In this document: positions 13,400 to 26,082 of the stretch, piece after piece
Layout of the letters: the number at the start of each line of letters is the position of its first letter
Position numbering within the stretch: the stretch's first letter is position 1
NCBI GenBank assembly: GCA_951406725.2
Contig: OX597827.1
Location: 57,722,001-57,786,000 of the forward strand
Direction of reading: 5' to 3'
DNA length: 64,000 nt
Source: Octopus vulgaris
Taxonomy: Eukaryota
The notes under the pieces: model-generated
Database searches by the model: none
What the model saw: the letters and a program-made list of their open reading frames with translations, nothing else
Told to the model about the DNA's origin: nothing
Made by a program: the position numbers and the translations under genes

Positions 13400-13955
13400 T
13401 CTTGCAACTTGTTGATGTCCACACTTCTTTCTGATTTCAAACAGACAACAGAATATTGTCAGTGCTTGGCTTTCCTCACCCTAAACACTTGTTGCAATAA
13501 TTTGGATCTTAATTTATTGATCCCCACCTCTGTTCCAACTCCAGCTTACCCCCTTCTCACCTTCACCTTCGTGGCTCTACCTCCTTCTTCCTGCTTCTGT
13601 CACTATTACCTCTTCCTGCTGTCACCATCACCTGTCAATGAGGGAACCTCTACACGGTCATTTTGTCTGCTTGATCTAGCAGACAAACATCTTTCAAATC
13701 ACCTATTTCACCTACATCTATTGCTTCCTCCCTCACCATCATCATCTCTTCCCCCATCGCCTACTCCTCTACCCCCATCACCTCCATACCCCCCCCCCCC
13801 GTTCCTCCCATTGTCTTTGAATAACATAGCAGGTAACATAATCCTGAATTATCTGCACATAGAAAGAATTTGAGATGATTGGTCACAGCAAGATTGCCTA
13901 CAGATCATAGGCCTGTTCAATCAAGTTGACACATATATATATATATATATCTCAA

Positions 13956-16556
13956 TCATATTTGCCAGTGTATTAATAGCACTTTTATTCTGATGGGAAA
14001 ATCCAGGTAAAGCAGGGTGTGGTTTATACACAGGTACAAGGAAAAGTCAGTCTAAAAACCCAAACATTACTTCATGTAATTATCTAAGATTCACATGGTT
14101 CTAGCTCCCCTTACAATTCTTGCCATTAAAACTAGTAAAAAAAAAACTGTTTAAATATTATTATGTCAGTGTCATCATCCATTTTGTTCATCATACGGTC
14201 TTATTTCAAGTCATGTGCTGGTGTCATCTCAATCGAAGCCTTCGCTTCGATGGTGTTGCAGCCCTGAGAAGAGGGACATGTGCTGGTAGAAAAGTAGCAA
14301 GAATTTCTGTAAAGACTTACCTGTTGTCTGACAAATGCACTATGATTGACAGCTGATCGCAATCTCCACTCACTCTCTGATTTACCACGAATTACCTACG
14401 AGTTTGGAAATCCCCAGGTCTACGATGTAAAGAACTATTGTTCAGTGACCCGGATGTATGACTTATCTCACTGTATTGGGAAACAAGAGAGAGAGAGAGA
14501 GCTGTGATTTATTCTTGAATGTGATTGATGAAATGTATTTTCGAGGTAACAAGTAAATGAAAAATGGAATATGAAAAATTATTTGATATAAGGGGAGATA
14601 AGTGCATTCATTCAGAATCATCTTGAACAGGGAAAGGTAAGTTTCATTGCCATCACAAATGCTACAAAGGAATACAAATCAAGTCAACTAGAATTTCATT
14701 ACCGTACCTTAAAGTACTGACAAGTGCACTGGTTTGTTTGTTTTTTGTAAAATATCTATGTAAATACGTAAAGAAAATGATAACGATCAAAGGAAGCTTT
14801 CAAGCTAGATCCTGTTGTTTGGACAGTAATTAGTTTTACTGACTCATCTACTCTGCTCTTCAAGTTCCACGTGACTCATCTACTTCGCTCTTCAAGTTCA
14901 ACAACGGTCAAGTCATCATACTGTGATGAGCATTCACAGCTACCTTCAAGCTCTCAACTTCCAGGTTTGCTGAGGAGTTTGGAAACCATGCAGTGGGTTG
15001 TCCACTTTGGAGTTGATGAACCTGTTGTCTGATGATGGGGCTCCAATAAGGCCACAATCGAGTCAATGCCCAAGAAGAAGAAAGTGATGAGGGGCAAGAT
15101 GGCACAGTGGCTGGAATTAGAGGAGAGGCTTCTTGGATGGGTGAAGGAGAAGAGGGTGGCGGGACTAGCAATGTCGACACTCAACCTTTGAATTGAGGCC
15201 AAGAAGATAGCCAAAGACATTGGCATCAGAGACTTCTGTTCCAGCACATCATGGGCTTTCTGGTTTATGTGCAGGCATGATCTGTCCATCAGGTGTCGCA
15301 CCCACATTGCACAGTGGCGATGAGAAGACTGAGAGGTTCCAACAGTTTATCATCAACCTGTGTAAACAGCATCAATACCCTCTTAGCCGCATCAGCAATG
15401 CAGACCAGACTCCCCTCATGTTCGATCTTCTGATAGCGAGAACTGTTGCTGAGGAGGGGGAGAAGACAGTGGAAACTATCACGATGGGTCATGAGAAGGA
15501 CTATTTTACAGTGATGCTGACTTGAATGGCTGATGGAGGAAAGCTGCCACCATACATCGTCTTCAAGAGGAAGACACTACCCAAAGATACCAAGTTTCCA
15601 GAAGGGGTCATTGTTCGAGTCAAAGCAAAAGGTTGGATGGACCAGGCACTCATCGAAGACTGGTTTCAGGCAGTGTGGGGGCAGCACATCAGTGGACTGC
15701 ATCAGAGAAGGAGTCTCCTGGTTCTGAACACATTCCGATGCCACAAGTCAGAAGAAACTAAGGTGAAGATACATTGACTGAACATCGATGTGGCAATGAT
15801 CCCCAGGGGAATGACATCTCTTCTTCAACCCTTGATATTGCAATCAACAAACAGTTTAAAGATCGTCTCAAGTACCACTGAGAGGACTGGATGGCCAATG
15901 CACTGAAGGAGATGACAAAGACCAGGCGCATGAAGAAAGTTGACTTGGGGACGATCTGCGAGTGGATCTTGAAGGCCTGGGAGGAGATTCCAGAAGACGT
16001 CATCAAACAGGCTTTCCTGAAGTGCTGCATACCCAATGCACTTGACAGCACAGAAGATGACATCTTATGGGAAAACGACGCCATCTCTCCTGACTCTTTT
16101 GACTCCAGTGATGACGAGGATGAATGTATGATCAACTCTATGTGGTCTTCAATGGGTCGTCTGATGATAAAGAGTTCTTAGGCTTTGAGTGAAGTCTCTA
16201 CACAGTAGGGTTGGTCCTTTTCAGGTCCACACATTTTCAAGAACAAATATAAAGACCACAATATGAATAAATCATATAAACACACATAATAAAAAAAAAC
16301 ATTCTCTTATTATCTCTTGCATTTAAAACCTGGACTTTATCTTCTTCCATTAATAATTATGAATATCAATGATTGCAGTCAGAAATGTTTGTTAAGTAAG
16401 AAATCATCATGAAATTGAAGTTTGTATTATCCCACATTTCTCCCTTTTCATTAGACCCAGTTATTTCCTGGTTTACTCCACGTTTTTCCCCCATCAGGGA
16501 CCGAAAACTGGGGTTGTGGCTTATACACAGATGCTGTTTATACACCAGCAAATACG

Positions 16557-16557
<1 letters not shown>
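13956..16557 (+). mobile_element. Decayed full-length pogo/Tigger-type DNA transposon
   Basis: Imperfect TIRs tcatatttgccagtgtattaatagc / gctgtttatacaccagcaaatacgg followed by TA; encloses a disrupted transposase. Confidence 0.85.
14900..16150 (+). pseudogene. pogo-family DDE transposase pseudogene (Brinker-like DBD, CENP-B HTH, DDE_1)
   Basis: Fragments AFTATFKL..FAEEFGNHA, LEERLLGWVKEKR..GLA, ISNADQTPLMFD, GHEKDYFTVML, ADGGKLPPYIVFK, KGWMD, IPRGMTSLLQPL, AFLKCCI; multiple stops and frameshifts. Confidence 0.9.
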
Positions 16558-16813
<256 letters not shown>

Positions 16814-16919
16814 ACACATACACGTTACTCCATTCTCTTTGTTTATATTTATATAAACTCTACTGATGTGTATAAATTTTCAGATATATTTTCAGATATA
16901 TCTTGCAACTTACTTGGTG

Positions 16920-17218
16920 ATCCTGCAGGTGCTGGTGCCATGCAAAAACCATCCCGTCCAGACAGTAAAGTGGTTGGCATTTGGAAGGGCATCCAGCTGT
17001 AAAAATCATGCCAAAACTACCCTCGCCTATGCTAGTGCCATGTAAAAAGCACTGAGTCCACTCTGTGGAATGGTTGGTGCTAGGAAGGGCATCCAACCAT
17101 AAAAACCCTGCTGAAGCAGACACAATAGCCTGGGGTAGTCTTCTACCTGGTTGACTCCTGTCAACTGTCCTACCCATGCATGCATGGAAGATGGATGTTA
17201 AATGATGATGATCATCAT
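16920..17218 (+). mobile_element. SINE family C type (ggaagggcatccag core, (GAT)n tail), diverged
   Basis: Two ggaagggcatcc modules, then ccatgc..gcatggaa..gga.gttaaa-(tga)n. Confidence 0.75.
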
Positions 17219-17524
17219 CAGTGAAATGATCCATGGCAAACACAGGTGTGAGAACAACAAGCAATGTATTAGTTTGATGCTTGGGAATAACAGGAAAGTC
17301 TTTGACATTTCGAGCCTATGCTCATCTATAGAAAGGGATGAGAGCGAAAAAATGGAGAGAGGAAAAAAATATGTCTGGATTAACGGCTTAACATGATGAA
17401 AGATTCAATTATACAGAAAATAAAAGACAAAGACGGGTGAAGGAACAACAAGGAGGTGTATGGAAAAGTCATTGATATATATATATATATATACACATAC
17501 ACACACACATATATGCATACATAT

Positions 17525-17850
17525 ATGGAGGAGACTGTTTTGGTCACGAATGACCATGGGATTGCACTTAGAAAGTGCCTTGGAGGGGAAGGTTGTTTTA
17601 TTTTCTGCATGTTACCCATGCATATCAGTCTCCTGTCTCCATGCCACTGGTGTTATCCAAGGGAAAGGCAAAGGCTGATACAGCCTGGCACCTGGGACGT
17701 CGCAACTCATTTCTACAGCTGAGTGAACTGGAGCAACATGAAATAAAGTGTCTTGCTCAAGAACACAACACACAGCCCAGTCCAGGAATTGAACTCACAG
17801 CCTCATGATCGTAAGCCTAATGCTCTAACCACTGAGTCATTCACCTTCAC
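17525..17850 (-). mobile_element. tRNA-derived SINE with RTE-like 3' end
   Basis: Head shared with 339-600; ends in the reverse complement of ggtcacgaatgaccatgggattgc; paralogue at 48398-48753. Confidence 0.8.
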
Positions 17851-18027
17851 TACATACACATACACACATCATCATCATCATCATCATACATACATAAACA
17901 CACATACATATATCATCATCAACAGATATACATACATACATAGATACATACATACATTGATACATACATACTTACATCTATACATACACACAAACACACA
18001 CACACGTGTGTGTGTGTGTGTGTGTGT

Positions 18028-19693
18028 GTGCACATGTGCATGCATTTTTGCATCATGCAGGTGCGTTTAGGAAAAATGTTCTTGATGCCACTGCTAATAG
18101 CTATTGATTGATATTTTATGAACCCTTATCACTTGTAAAGGGGTGATTTAATGAACTACACATCTGTGAAGCACTCACTCATACACAGGCACGTACTTAT
18201 TATGAAATGCCTGTTCCTTTGAAAAAAATTTATAGGCAAGAAATGGAATTATATATCTGTAAGCTAGTCCTCACCAATAAATTTACATACACACACATAC
18301 ATACACACATCCATACGTACATGCATACATACATACAAACATACATACATACATTCATGCATACATACATACATACATACAAACATACATACATACATAC
18401 ATACACACACACATGCATGCATACATACAAACATACATACATACATACAAACATACATACATACATACACACACACACATATGCATGCCTGCATGCATGC
18501 ATACATACATACATACACACACACATATACATGCATGCATGCATACATACATACATATATACATACACACATATGCATACATACATACATACATATATAC
18601 ATACACACATATGCATACATACATACATACATACATACATACATACATACATACATACATACATTCATTCATTTACTCATTCAGGCATTCATACTTACTT
18701 AGTTGAAGAGACTCATGCCAAGGGCCTCATTTCCTATGAAGTTAGGAGCTGCCGCAGTTTACCAACAAAATCGAGCTACTATTTCCTGCACCAATGCTAT
18801 CAGGCAAGTATAAGGGAGCAACTGAGGGACCTGATCAGAAACCAAAAGAGGAAATGACAATAGGTGAGTTAGAGGGAGATTTTAGAAGCCTCTTTTGGAC
18901 TGAAGGATTCAGCTAGAATGGACATGCAGTTAAAGTCTCTGTGTATTCTAGCTTCTGGCCAATAATTGAGATAGTGAGGGCCTCCTCAAGTTCCCTTCAA
19001 ACTCATTCCCAGAGGTAGAGGTATGAGAATTTTTATCCTTTATACTACAGCCTGCATACTTTTTCCTGAGTGCAGAAGCAAGGACTGAAGTAGTTTTTGC
19101 CTACAGCAGTGCTTCTCAACTGGGATCCATATGACCTCTTGTGGCTCATATAAGATTTAGCAGGACCCATATTAGCAAAATAGTAAATTGGGTCCATAGT
19201 AGTATTTTGTGGGTCCATGGCAAAATTTTGCTTCAGATGTATTACAAGAAACAGCTAAATTCCCATCTCAAATTTTTACATAGTTCAGCCTACACATGTG
19301 AATATGTGATAAACGAAATAAGAATTTTGTAAGAAGTATCTTTAAATCTAGTTTTTAAACAACAAATGGCTTGTGGGGCCCACCTGAATAAAATAGTAAC
19401 CAAAGGGGTCCCTAGAAAGAAAATGGTTGAGAATAACTGGCCTTCAGAAAGATTTTATCTGTGGTCATTTGCAAACAACATCCATCAACTGGCCTTAACT
19501 TCCATGATGCTCACCTTAGTGATATCCTTTCAGTAATTTGGGTTCCAAACAATTTTCTGCAGGAAATAGAACATCCATTTTGCTGGAAAACTGTGACAGC
19601 TAATTTCAGTCGGGAATAAGGTTGGATCTCATCCATTGACAAGAATTTCACCAACCAAGTATGTGTGTTTGTTTGCATGTGTGTATATATGCA

Positions 19694-19741
<48 letters not shown>

Positions 19742-20156
19742 CATGCATGTATGTATGCATACATACATGCATGTATATACAGACATACATTTGTATGTAT
19801 GTATATGTGTGTATGTTTGTGAGGAAATTTATTGGTGGGGATTACCATACAAAAATATGTGTGCACACATGTATGTACATACATACATGCATGCATGCAT
19901 GCATGCATGCATGCATACATACATACATACATACATGCATGCATGCATCCATCCATCCATCCATCCATACATACATACATACATACATACATACATACAT
20001 ACATACATACATACATACATACATACATACATACGTTTGTATGTATATGTGTGTATGTTTGTGAGGAAATTTATTGGTGAGGATTAGAATACAAAAATAT
20101 TATTCTGCTTCTAACCCAAGTCATTTTTTCAAAGGAACAAGCTCTCTATAATATAA

Positions 20157-20210
<54 letters not shown>

Positions 20211-20365
20211 AAGAGTGCTTCACAGATGTTGTGTAGTTCATTAAATCACCCCTTTACAAGTGGTAAGGGTTCATAAAATATCAATCAATAGCTATTAGCG
20301 GTGGCATCAAGAACATTCTTCCTAACTACACCTGCATGATGCATAAATGCATGCACATGTGTACA
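18028..20365. repeat. Inverted repeat with ~260-300-bp arms (18028-18290 and 20055-20365)
   Basis: gcatcatgcaggtg...ctattgattgatattttatgaaccctta...gaagcactc is reverse-complemented at 20213-20365; tcctcaccaataaattt versus aaatttattggtgagga. Confidence 0.9.
19107..19439. mobile_element. hAT-type MITE
   Basis: TIRs cagtgcttctcaac / gttgagaataactg; 8-bp TSD gcctacag / gccttcag. Confidence 0.85.
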
Positions 20366-20773
20366 CTAACACACACACACACACAAATCCACAATTATTT
20401 TGACTACAATAAAAAAATTTGCTGTCTTTAACTACAGCAAGATGATTAAAGACTGAAAGACAGTCATGTGGTGCAGATGATGTTTTGAATTCTACAGAAT
20501 TCTGCAACTGTGTAACTTAGTTACTGTTACAGTATCAACGCTCACCTAAAGCTTGCTACAAGAGATTTTGGCACAGCCACCTTGGCACTGTCCTTTTGGT
20601 GTCACCAATTCGAAACTCACATATTTGGCATATTTGTTTCTCTTGTTCTTCCCGCTTTCTCTCTCAGTCTCTCCTTCTCACTCTCTCTCTCTCTCTCCTT
20701 CTTTTACTCTCTCTCACTCTCTCTGCCTGTTCCTGTTGCTATCTTCTCTGGTTCCAAAGAGCAAAGAGCTAAT

Positions 20774-20964
20774 CAGTAGTGAGTAAAGAGCTTGAGTGTG
20801 TCACCCAGAGCAGCCCCCCTACTCCCCACCCATATATACAGGCTTATACAGTAGTGCTGCCCCCATAAAATACCACCCCTGCCCCATAAACATACCACTT
20901 CAATAAAAGTGTCACCTGGGATATGAGAACCCCATCACCGTCCTCACTTCTTGCTATGCTACTG
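20774..20964. mobile_element. hAT-type MITE
   Basis: Termini cagtag... / ...ctactg; 8-bp TSD gagctaat / aagctaat. Confidence 0.7.
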
Positions 20965-20984
20965 AAGCTAATGAAACTCATAGT

Positions 20985-21268
20985 TTGTTCCTTCTCGAGC
21001 CACGCCTGGCTCATAAAGGCTGGTTTCCCGGTTTCCTTGGTGTATAGGTTCCCCCACCTGGACAGGACACCAGTCTGTCGCAGGTGAGCTGCAAGATGCA
21101 GGAGGAAAGAGTGAGAGAAAGTTGTGGTGAAAGAGTCAGCAGAAGTTTGCCATTACGTTCTGCTGGAGCCACATGGAGCTTAGGTGTTTCGCTCATAAAC
21201 ACACACATCGCCTGGTCTGAGATTCGAACCCATGATCCCTCAACTGCGAGTCCGCTGCTCTAACCACA
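20985..21268 (-). mobile_element. tRNA-derived SINE (second head type, V-domain-like tail)
   Basis: Minus strand tggttagagcagcggactcgcag...ggttcgaatctc, then gactggtgtcctgtccagg. Confidence 0.8.
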
Positions 21269-21986
21269 CAAAATTCATGGTAAGAATGCTAATCCTTTTA
21301 GAGTCAACTTTCGTCTTTCTGACACTGATAAAATCAGATATCAGTTGAATATTGGGGTCCATCAAATTGAAGCAAACTTTGATACTCTGTACCCATGTCA
21401 GAAATCAAATACACTGCTCCTTGAAGCAATGAGATATTCTCATTTTGCGAAATCTACTTACATCTAGGTGGACTGAACTAAAGCGAGGTATATGTTTTGC
21501 GCAGGGACAGTCGTCGTTGTTGTTGTTGCTGTTGCTGCTGTTTAACTGCAGGTGACTATCATTGAGGAGAAACTTTCCAAAACTCATAACAATGCTGTAC
21601 ATTCCGTTTTGGGATTTGGTTTGCAAGATTCTTTATGTATTTAGAACAATACTAGAGGAGTATTTTTTGTCATGGACAAGTGAATTTTGGAAGAGGGGCC
21701 TTGCAAGTCTACCAGATAGATGAAAGAGCATTGTAGAAAATGAAAGAGAGTATAAAGAACTTTGTTTATCTTAATTTAGAAAACGAAGTATTAAAAAACT
21801 GCATTATTTATGAGATGGCTCAATATATATATATATATATATATAGAAAATAGTAAAAAGTGAAAAAACTACAGAAGGCTTGTTTTAAAAGGTTAAAAAA
21901 TATATATTTGAGTCAATATGTCTGAAGAATGTTATCAATTTTTTTCTTACAATGACATAATTTAGAAGAAATGACCGGTTTCGCGT

Positions 21987-22221
21987 TCATCATCATCATC
22001 GTTTAACGTCCGTTTTCCGCGCTAGCACGGGTTGGACGGTTTCGACCGGGGTCTGGGGAGCTCGGGACTGCCCCAGGCTCCAGTCTAGTTTGGCAGTGTT
22101 TCTACAGCTGGATGCCCTTCCTAACGCCAACCACTCCGCGAGTGTAGTGGGTGTTTTTTACGTGCCACCTGCACAGGTGCCAGAGGGGTCTGGCATCGGC
22201 CACGTTCGGATGGTGCTTTTT
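21987..22221 (-). mobile_element. SINE family C inserted in the PLE 3' region
   Basis: Reverse complement of ggttggcgttaggaagggcatccagctgtagaaac...ggacgttaaac(gat)n. Confidence 0.9.
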
Positions 22222-22320
22222 AGCTTTTCAAATTTCTTGCATCGTTATGTTTATGTTGAGAAGAGTTCCAAATAAGGGGAGGTAATAAGTGATTTCTTCT
22301 GGTGTAAGGGAGATAATCGC

Positions 22321-23173
22321 TTAAAATTTTTTGTCTTTCCTTTGGAGTGAATTTCTCTGTATAAGTATGTTGGAATGGTTAAGTCTGGGCTTGTACTTTT
22401 CAATGAAGAATGTTTCCTTGTTTAGTCTAATTTGTGTTGGTGTTCCGATAGCACAGTGGTAAAATGGAAAGATTAAAAATTGTGGTAGTAGTTGCTTTGC
22501 GCATTTCTCAATGTGCTCACTAAAGGGTATCATTCTGTATTCTGGGAATGCAATTTGTTGTCGATGCAGTGTGCATCTACATCTGAGTGATAGTCCTGTG
22601 GATCCCACGTAGTCTTTGTGGCAGCCCGAGCATTTTATGACATAAATTATGTTTTCAGAGGCACAAGTAAAATTAGATTTGATCTTGAATTTCTGTCCCT
22701 CTTTGAAGAGAAATTCTGATCCTTCTAGCAGGTTTGGACATGTTGCACAGTTCGGTCTACCACATTTTTTTACTTTTGCATCTGTAATTTCAGAAAACAA
22801 TTTTGCCTTTGTGAGAATCTTTTTAAGTGATTTAGGTTGTTTGTAGCTTTTAATGATTTGGTGTATGTTTAGAATTTCCTTTAATTTGGGGTCCTTATGA
22901 AGTATTGGTAAATTCTGAGTGATGATGGTGAAGGCTTCTTTGTTTCTGGGGTTGTATGTGGATATGTAAGGTAGTATTTTCGGGGAAGGTGTGTTGTTGT
23001 GTTGAACTTTTCTTAAAGTTTCTATGTTGATTTCTGTTGCACGTCTGATCCCATCCTCTATGAGTTGAGCTGGGTAATGTCTGTCAATTAGGGTGTTTTT
23101 GAGTTCTTGCAGTCTAAAGTTCCTGGTATTTTGTTCTGACACTATTGTGCATATCCTTCTTGCAAGGTTGAAG
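22321..23173 (-). CDS. PLE linker and GIY-YIG endonuclease, stop-free C-terminal fragment
   Basis: CGRPNCATC Cys cluster, C..ENIIYVIKC..C...YVGST...L..R...H, E.FFI....P.LN. The N-terminal 24 aa of the listed 22321..23244 ORF come from an unrelated insert. Confidence 0.9.
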
Positions 23174-23239
23174 AAAATGCAAAATGAGACAAGAACGCAA
23201 ACATCCAGAGAGGTGATACAAAGAAGGGACAACAAAACA

Positions 23240-23277
<38 letters not shown>

Positions 23278-23688
23278 TAATATGAAGGTGAATAATTATT
23301 AACTTAAAAAAAACAACAACTATTTACGGGTAGATTTCGGTATGGAAATATAACCATTATCGGTATTTTGTTCTGACACTATTGTGCATATCCTTCTTGC
23401 AAGGTTGAAGGGGATGTTTGTTTTAGTGTGTCTTGGGTGGCATGAATTAAAAAGAAGGTATTGTTTGGCGTCTGTGGCTTTGTAAAAAATGTCTGTTTCT
23501 ATTTTAAGGTTAATTTTTTAATTAGTATATCCAAGAATGGGAGCTCCTTTCGGTTGTATTCCATTGTGAACTGTATATTTGGGTTTATGCTGTTCAATAG
23601 GTCTTTAAATTTTAGGAGTTTATCTGTGTTTTCATTTTTACTATTTTCTATATATTCAACCACGTGCTTTCACAAACCAACTTTCTCA

Positions 23689-23727
<39 letters not shown>

Positions 23728-23739
23728 CTATATATGTAT

Positions 23740-24580
23740 ATATGTATATTAATCAAAATAAAAACATGATGCCAAGGATTTAGCGGTACATATGTTTCGG
23801 GCCTTTATTAGATGGTTTTATAACAATGCATAATGTGTGTCTATAGCCTTCTTCAGTTGCGTACAATTACTACTTCAAGGACATGTATTACATTATAAGT
23901 TTTACGTTGGGGATGCAAATCCTCATAGTCACTTACGGCAGAGTGGGGCACCAACACAAAATCGAAGCGTCCATCCCATCTTTCACTCGATGTAGAATGA
24001 GGAAGTTTGGATGTTGAGATAGAGAGGGAAGGGGTTGGTGGGGTTGAATCTTTAGTGAGTTAGGGATCACAAAGAGGGAGGGTGGTGGGTGCAAAAGGTA
24101 GTAAAAGAGTAAAAAATTACAAAAGAGTAAAAATTTAAAAATATATAAAAAATATAAGAATATAAAAAAATATATAAGAATATAAAAAAAGTATCTAAGT
24201 ATATAAATATATAAATCAATATATAAATATATAAATATATAAATATACACAGCCATGAAAAAAACATTGTAATATAAATAAATAGAGATAAAGATAAAGA
24301 AGCAAGAACTAAGGACGAAAGAAAAAAAAATAATAAGGATAAGAAAATTTAAAAAAATATATAAGGGGAAGGGATATAAAGGGATGAAGAAATGTAAAGA
24401 GGTGAAGAACTAACAGGGTGGTCAGAAGATAGCGTAAGGTACAGAAAGATGACATATTCCGGTTGTTCGTAATGGCGGGGTGTCATAAATCAACTTAAAT
24501 GTCTGGAGACCAAGTATATGGTCAATCTCGGTTGTCTGGTTTGAGGTTAAACAGTTTATCTACTTCCTCGTAAATTGTCT
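23740..24580 (-). mobile_element. Probable PLE 3'/pseudo-LTR remnant with degenerate hammerhead cores
   Basis: Minus strand CTGAAGAaggc...ggcccGAAACatatGTA (23787-23866) and ctatgaggatttgcatcc; bounded by microsatellites; stem I pairing is poor. Confidence 0.45.
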
Positions 24581-24739
24581 TTGTTACTAGTGGTCAACAC
24601 ATACATACGTACACGCATGCATACATATACACATACACACGTATACACATCCACACGTATATATACATACGTACTCTCGTGTAAAAATACTGACAGGGAT
24701 ATGCATATACATACGTCTCGCTACGTACAGATACCTATG

Positions 24740-24771
<32 letters not shown>

Positions 24772-24801
24772 CAAATGTCCCGCTACGTACAGATACCTAT
24801 G

Positions 24802-24835
<34 letters not shown>

Positions 24836-24838
<3 letters not shown>

Positions 24839-25336
24839 ATATTTCGTAATGGTCATCTATAATTGGTAGAACCTATCCTTTTAGTAGAACCCCATGTACG
24901 GATAAGTACTGTACTGTATGTAGATTTAGCCCACAAACAAACTGTAAAGCCAGAAATGTAGTCTATAGTATAAGATGTATAGAGGGACGATGCAGTAACA
25001 AGACAACGACATACGTAGGGGAAACGGCAAGAAGCATAGGAGAGCGGGTAAATAAGCATTGGAGACAACTCAAGGAAGGTAAAAGCTCATCGATTCTGTA
25101 CCAACACGCCGAACAGGAACACGGGAGATCAATCAATAACATAGAAATTAAAATATTATCCACACATAGATCAGATGCAACAATTAGACAAATTACAGAA
25201 GCTACACACATAATAGAAAATAAACCTAGCCTGAATAGAAAACTAGAATGGAGCACTAACACACACCACAACATATGACGATAGAGGATCCTGAAAACAT
25301 AATAAATACACAGATAAATAAACTGATAGAAATAAA

Positions 25337-25403
<67 letters not shown>

Positions 25404-25998
25404 GTATGTATATATATATTTTTTTTTTATAAATTTTTTTATTTAATAATTAAAAAAAAATTTTTTTTGATTCGATTTATTATTATTATTACTAGTATTG
25501 TTGTTATACATACAAGCATATGTAATGATAATAATAAGTGGATGTAAACACATGAACAAAATAAGAATAAACAAAAACAACAAAAACAAAATACAAATTA
25601 CATGAACATATATAAACAGAAGATACAAATATTACAGGCATTCCCCCACATACACACACTAAATAAACATAAACGCACATAGAGATATAAGCATGCGCAA
25701 ATGAAGACATACAATAGAAATACAAAATGGCTGACGGTTAGTAAGGAGAGACACAAATAAGAAAGAAGAAAACAAAGGACCACTGATGCGGTCACAGGAG
25801 TGTGATGAAAGAACTCTGGCCGAAATAAGATTAAGATTAATGTAAAAAATAAATAACACTGAAGCAAAATAACACCAAATATATAGTGCGTGTGTTTTTT
25901 ATTGGCTAAACTGGCAAAATGACCATTCCGAAATATAACTATATCTGTTTCAACACACGACTTCACATAAAAAATCTTGCACAACAAATATTTAAACG
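24836..25998 (+). mobile_element. 5'-truncated Penelope-like element (Naiad-like endonuclease) with inverted terminal copy
   Basis: gttatatttcgtaatggtcat (24836-24856) is the reverse complement of 25919-25939 with 1 mismatch; encloses a GIY-YIG frame; flanked by (TA)n. Confidence 0.85.
24853..25278 (+). CDS. GIY-YIG endonuclease fragment, about 141 aa, no start codon (absent from the ORF track)
   Basis: Manual translation: ..YPFSRTPCTDKYCTVC..TNCKARNVVYSIRC....C...TTYVGETARSIGERVNKH...LYQHAEQEH...IRQITEATHIIENKPSLNRKLEW..*. Confidence 0.9.
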   Translation, partial: SSIIGRTYPFSRTPCTDKYCTVCRFSPQTNCKARNVVYSIRCIEGRCSNKTTTYVGETARSIGERVNKHWRQLKEGKSSSILYQHAEQEHGRSINNIEIKILSTHRSDATIRQITEATHIIENKPSLNRKLEWSTNTHHNI

Positions 25999-26029
<31 letters not shown>

Positions 26030-26042
26030 ACACACACATACC

Positions 26043-26082
<40 letters not shown>

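Larger units (their letters stand above)
21845..23635 (-). mobile_element. 5'-truncated Penelope-like retroelement (Neptune-like), rearranged
   Basis: RT C-terminal/thumb motifs NSINPNIQFTME..ELPFLD..TDIFYKATD..YLLFNSCHP at 23362-23635, linker plus GIY-YIG downstream, hammerhead remnant in the 3' region, (TA)n flanks. Confidence 0.9.

Noticed and set aside
24853-25278. Selenoprotein-type PLE
   Set aside because: No in-frame TGA at Cys positions in this fragment
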